From positions 1 through 24,282 of the IMG/VR virus record IMGVR_UViG_3300042347_000370: DNA of 24,282 nucleotides; one strand, written 5' to 3'. The position numbers and the translations under genes are program-made. Under the pieces are notes generated by a model. It saw only the letters and a list, made by a program, of their open reading frames with translations, was not told the DNA's origin and searched no databases. This DNA comes from a virus. Its lineage: Duplodnaviria > Caudoviricetes. Each line of letters opens with the position of its first letter. The stretch's first letter is position 1. Positions 23,961-24,282 of this stretch are shown piece by piece.

Positions 23961-24282
23961 ATGTCATCTCAAATTACAGAAGCACACGTACAACAGTACA
24001 ACAGCAATGTTATGATGTTGTCACAGCAACAAGGTTCTCGTTTACAGGACAAAGTCCGTAACGAAACTCAAAAAGGTAAAGCTCAATTTTTCGACCGTAT
24101 CGGTCTAGTTGCAGCTGTTCTAAAAACTGGTCGCCATTCTGCTACACCGCAAATGGATACTCCTCACTCTAGACGTATGGTTACGTTGAATGATTACGAG
24201 TGGGCTGATCTGATCGACGATCAAGATAAAATCCGCATGTTAATCGATCCAACTTCTGAGTACGCTATGGCAGCTGCTTGGG
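23961..24282 (+). CDS. Major capsid protein, 5' part (truncated at window end)
   Basis: SD AGGAGG, then MSSQITEAHVQQYNSNVMMLSQQQGSRL...FFDRIG...DTPHSRR...WADLIDDQDKIRMLIDPTS, open to the window end; follows the scaffold gene. Confidence 0.88.
   Translation, partial: MSSQITEAHVQQYNSNVMMLSQQQGSRLQDKVRNETQKGKAQFFDRIGLVAAVLKTGRHSATPQMDTPHSRRMVTLNDYEWADLIDDQDKIRMLIDPTSEYAMAAAW

Noticed and set aside
18604-23967. Minus-strand ORFs such as 18604-19254, 19098-19691 and 23728-23967
   Set aside because: They lie antisense to terS, terL and head genes and show no independent coding evidence.
1-24282. Diversity-generating retroelement, integrase/CI lysogeny module, or stop-codon recoding
   Set aside because: No reverse transcriptase, integrase or CI-like motifs were seen. 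Genes tile densely under the standard code and all three stop codons are used. The rest of the genome is outside the window.

Overview
This window is about 24 kb of a tailed dsDNA phage genome, with head genes resembling the Bordetella phage BPP-1 type and probably a diderm host. On the + strand, 1-789 is the end of a late/lysis block. The whole leftward arm (746-18034, - strand) follows. In order of transcription it has small early ORFs, then a complete ubiquitin-like conjugation cassette (Ubl, E2, JAB peptidase, E1). Next come primase-helicase, SNF2 helicase, a probable SSB, DEDDh exonuclease, an RHH protein, HNH endonuclease, family A DNA polymerase, VRR-NUC nuclease and a CHAP endolysin. 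After a non-coding strand switch (~18035-18519), the + strand carries TerS, TerL, portal, scaffold and the start of the major capsid gene. The main finding is the phage-encoded Ubl-E2-JAB-E1 operon with all catalytic motifs intact. The second is a candidate ~75-nt + strand small RNA (10950-11023) with its own promoter and terminator. Its CCUACCUU segment is complementary to an unusual AAGGUAGG ribosome-binding motif shared by four leftward genes, including the primase and the E2. All calls come from reading motifs by eye; no searches were run.
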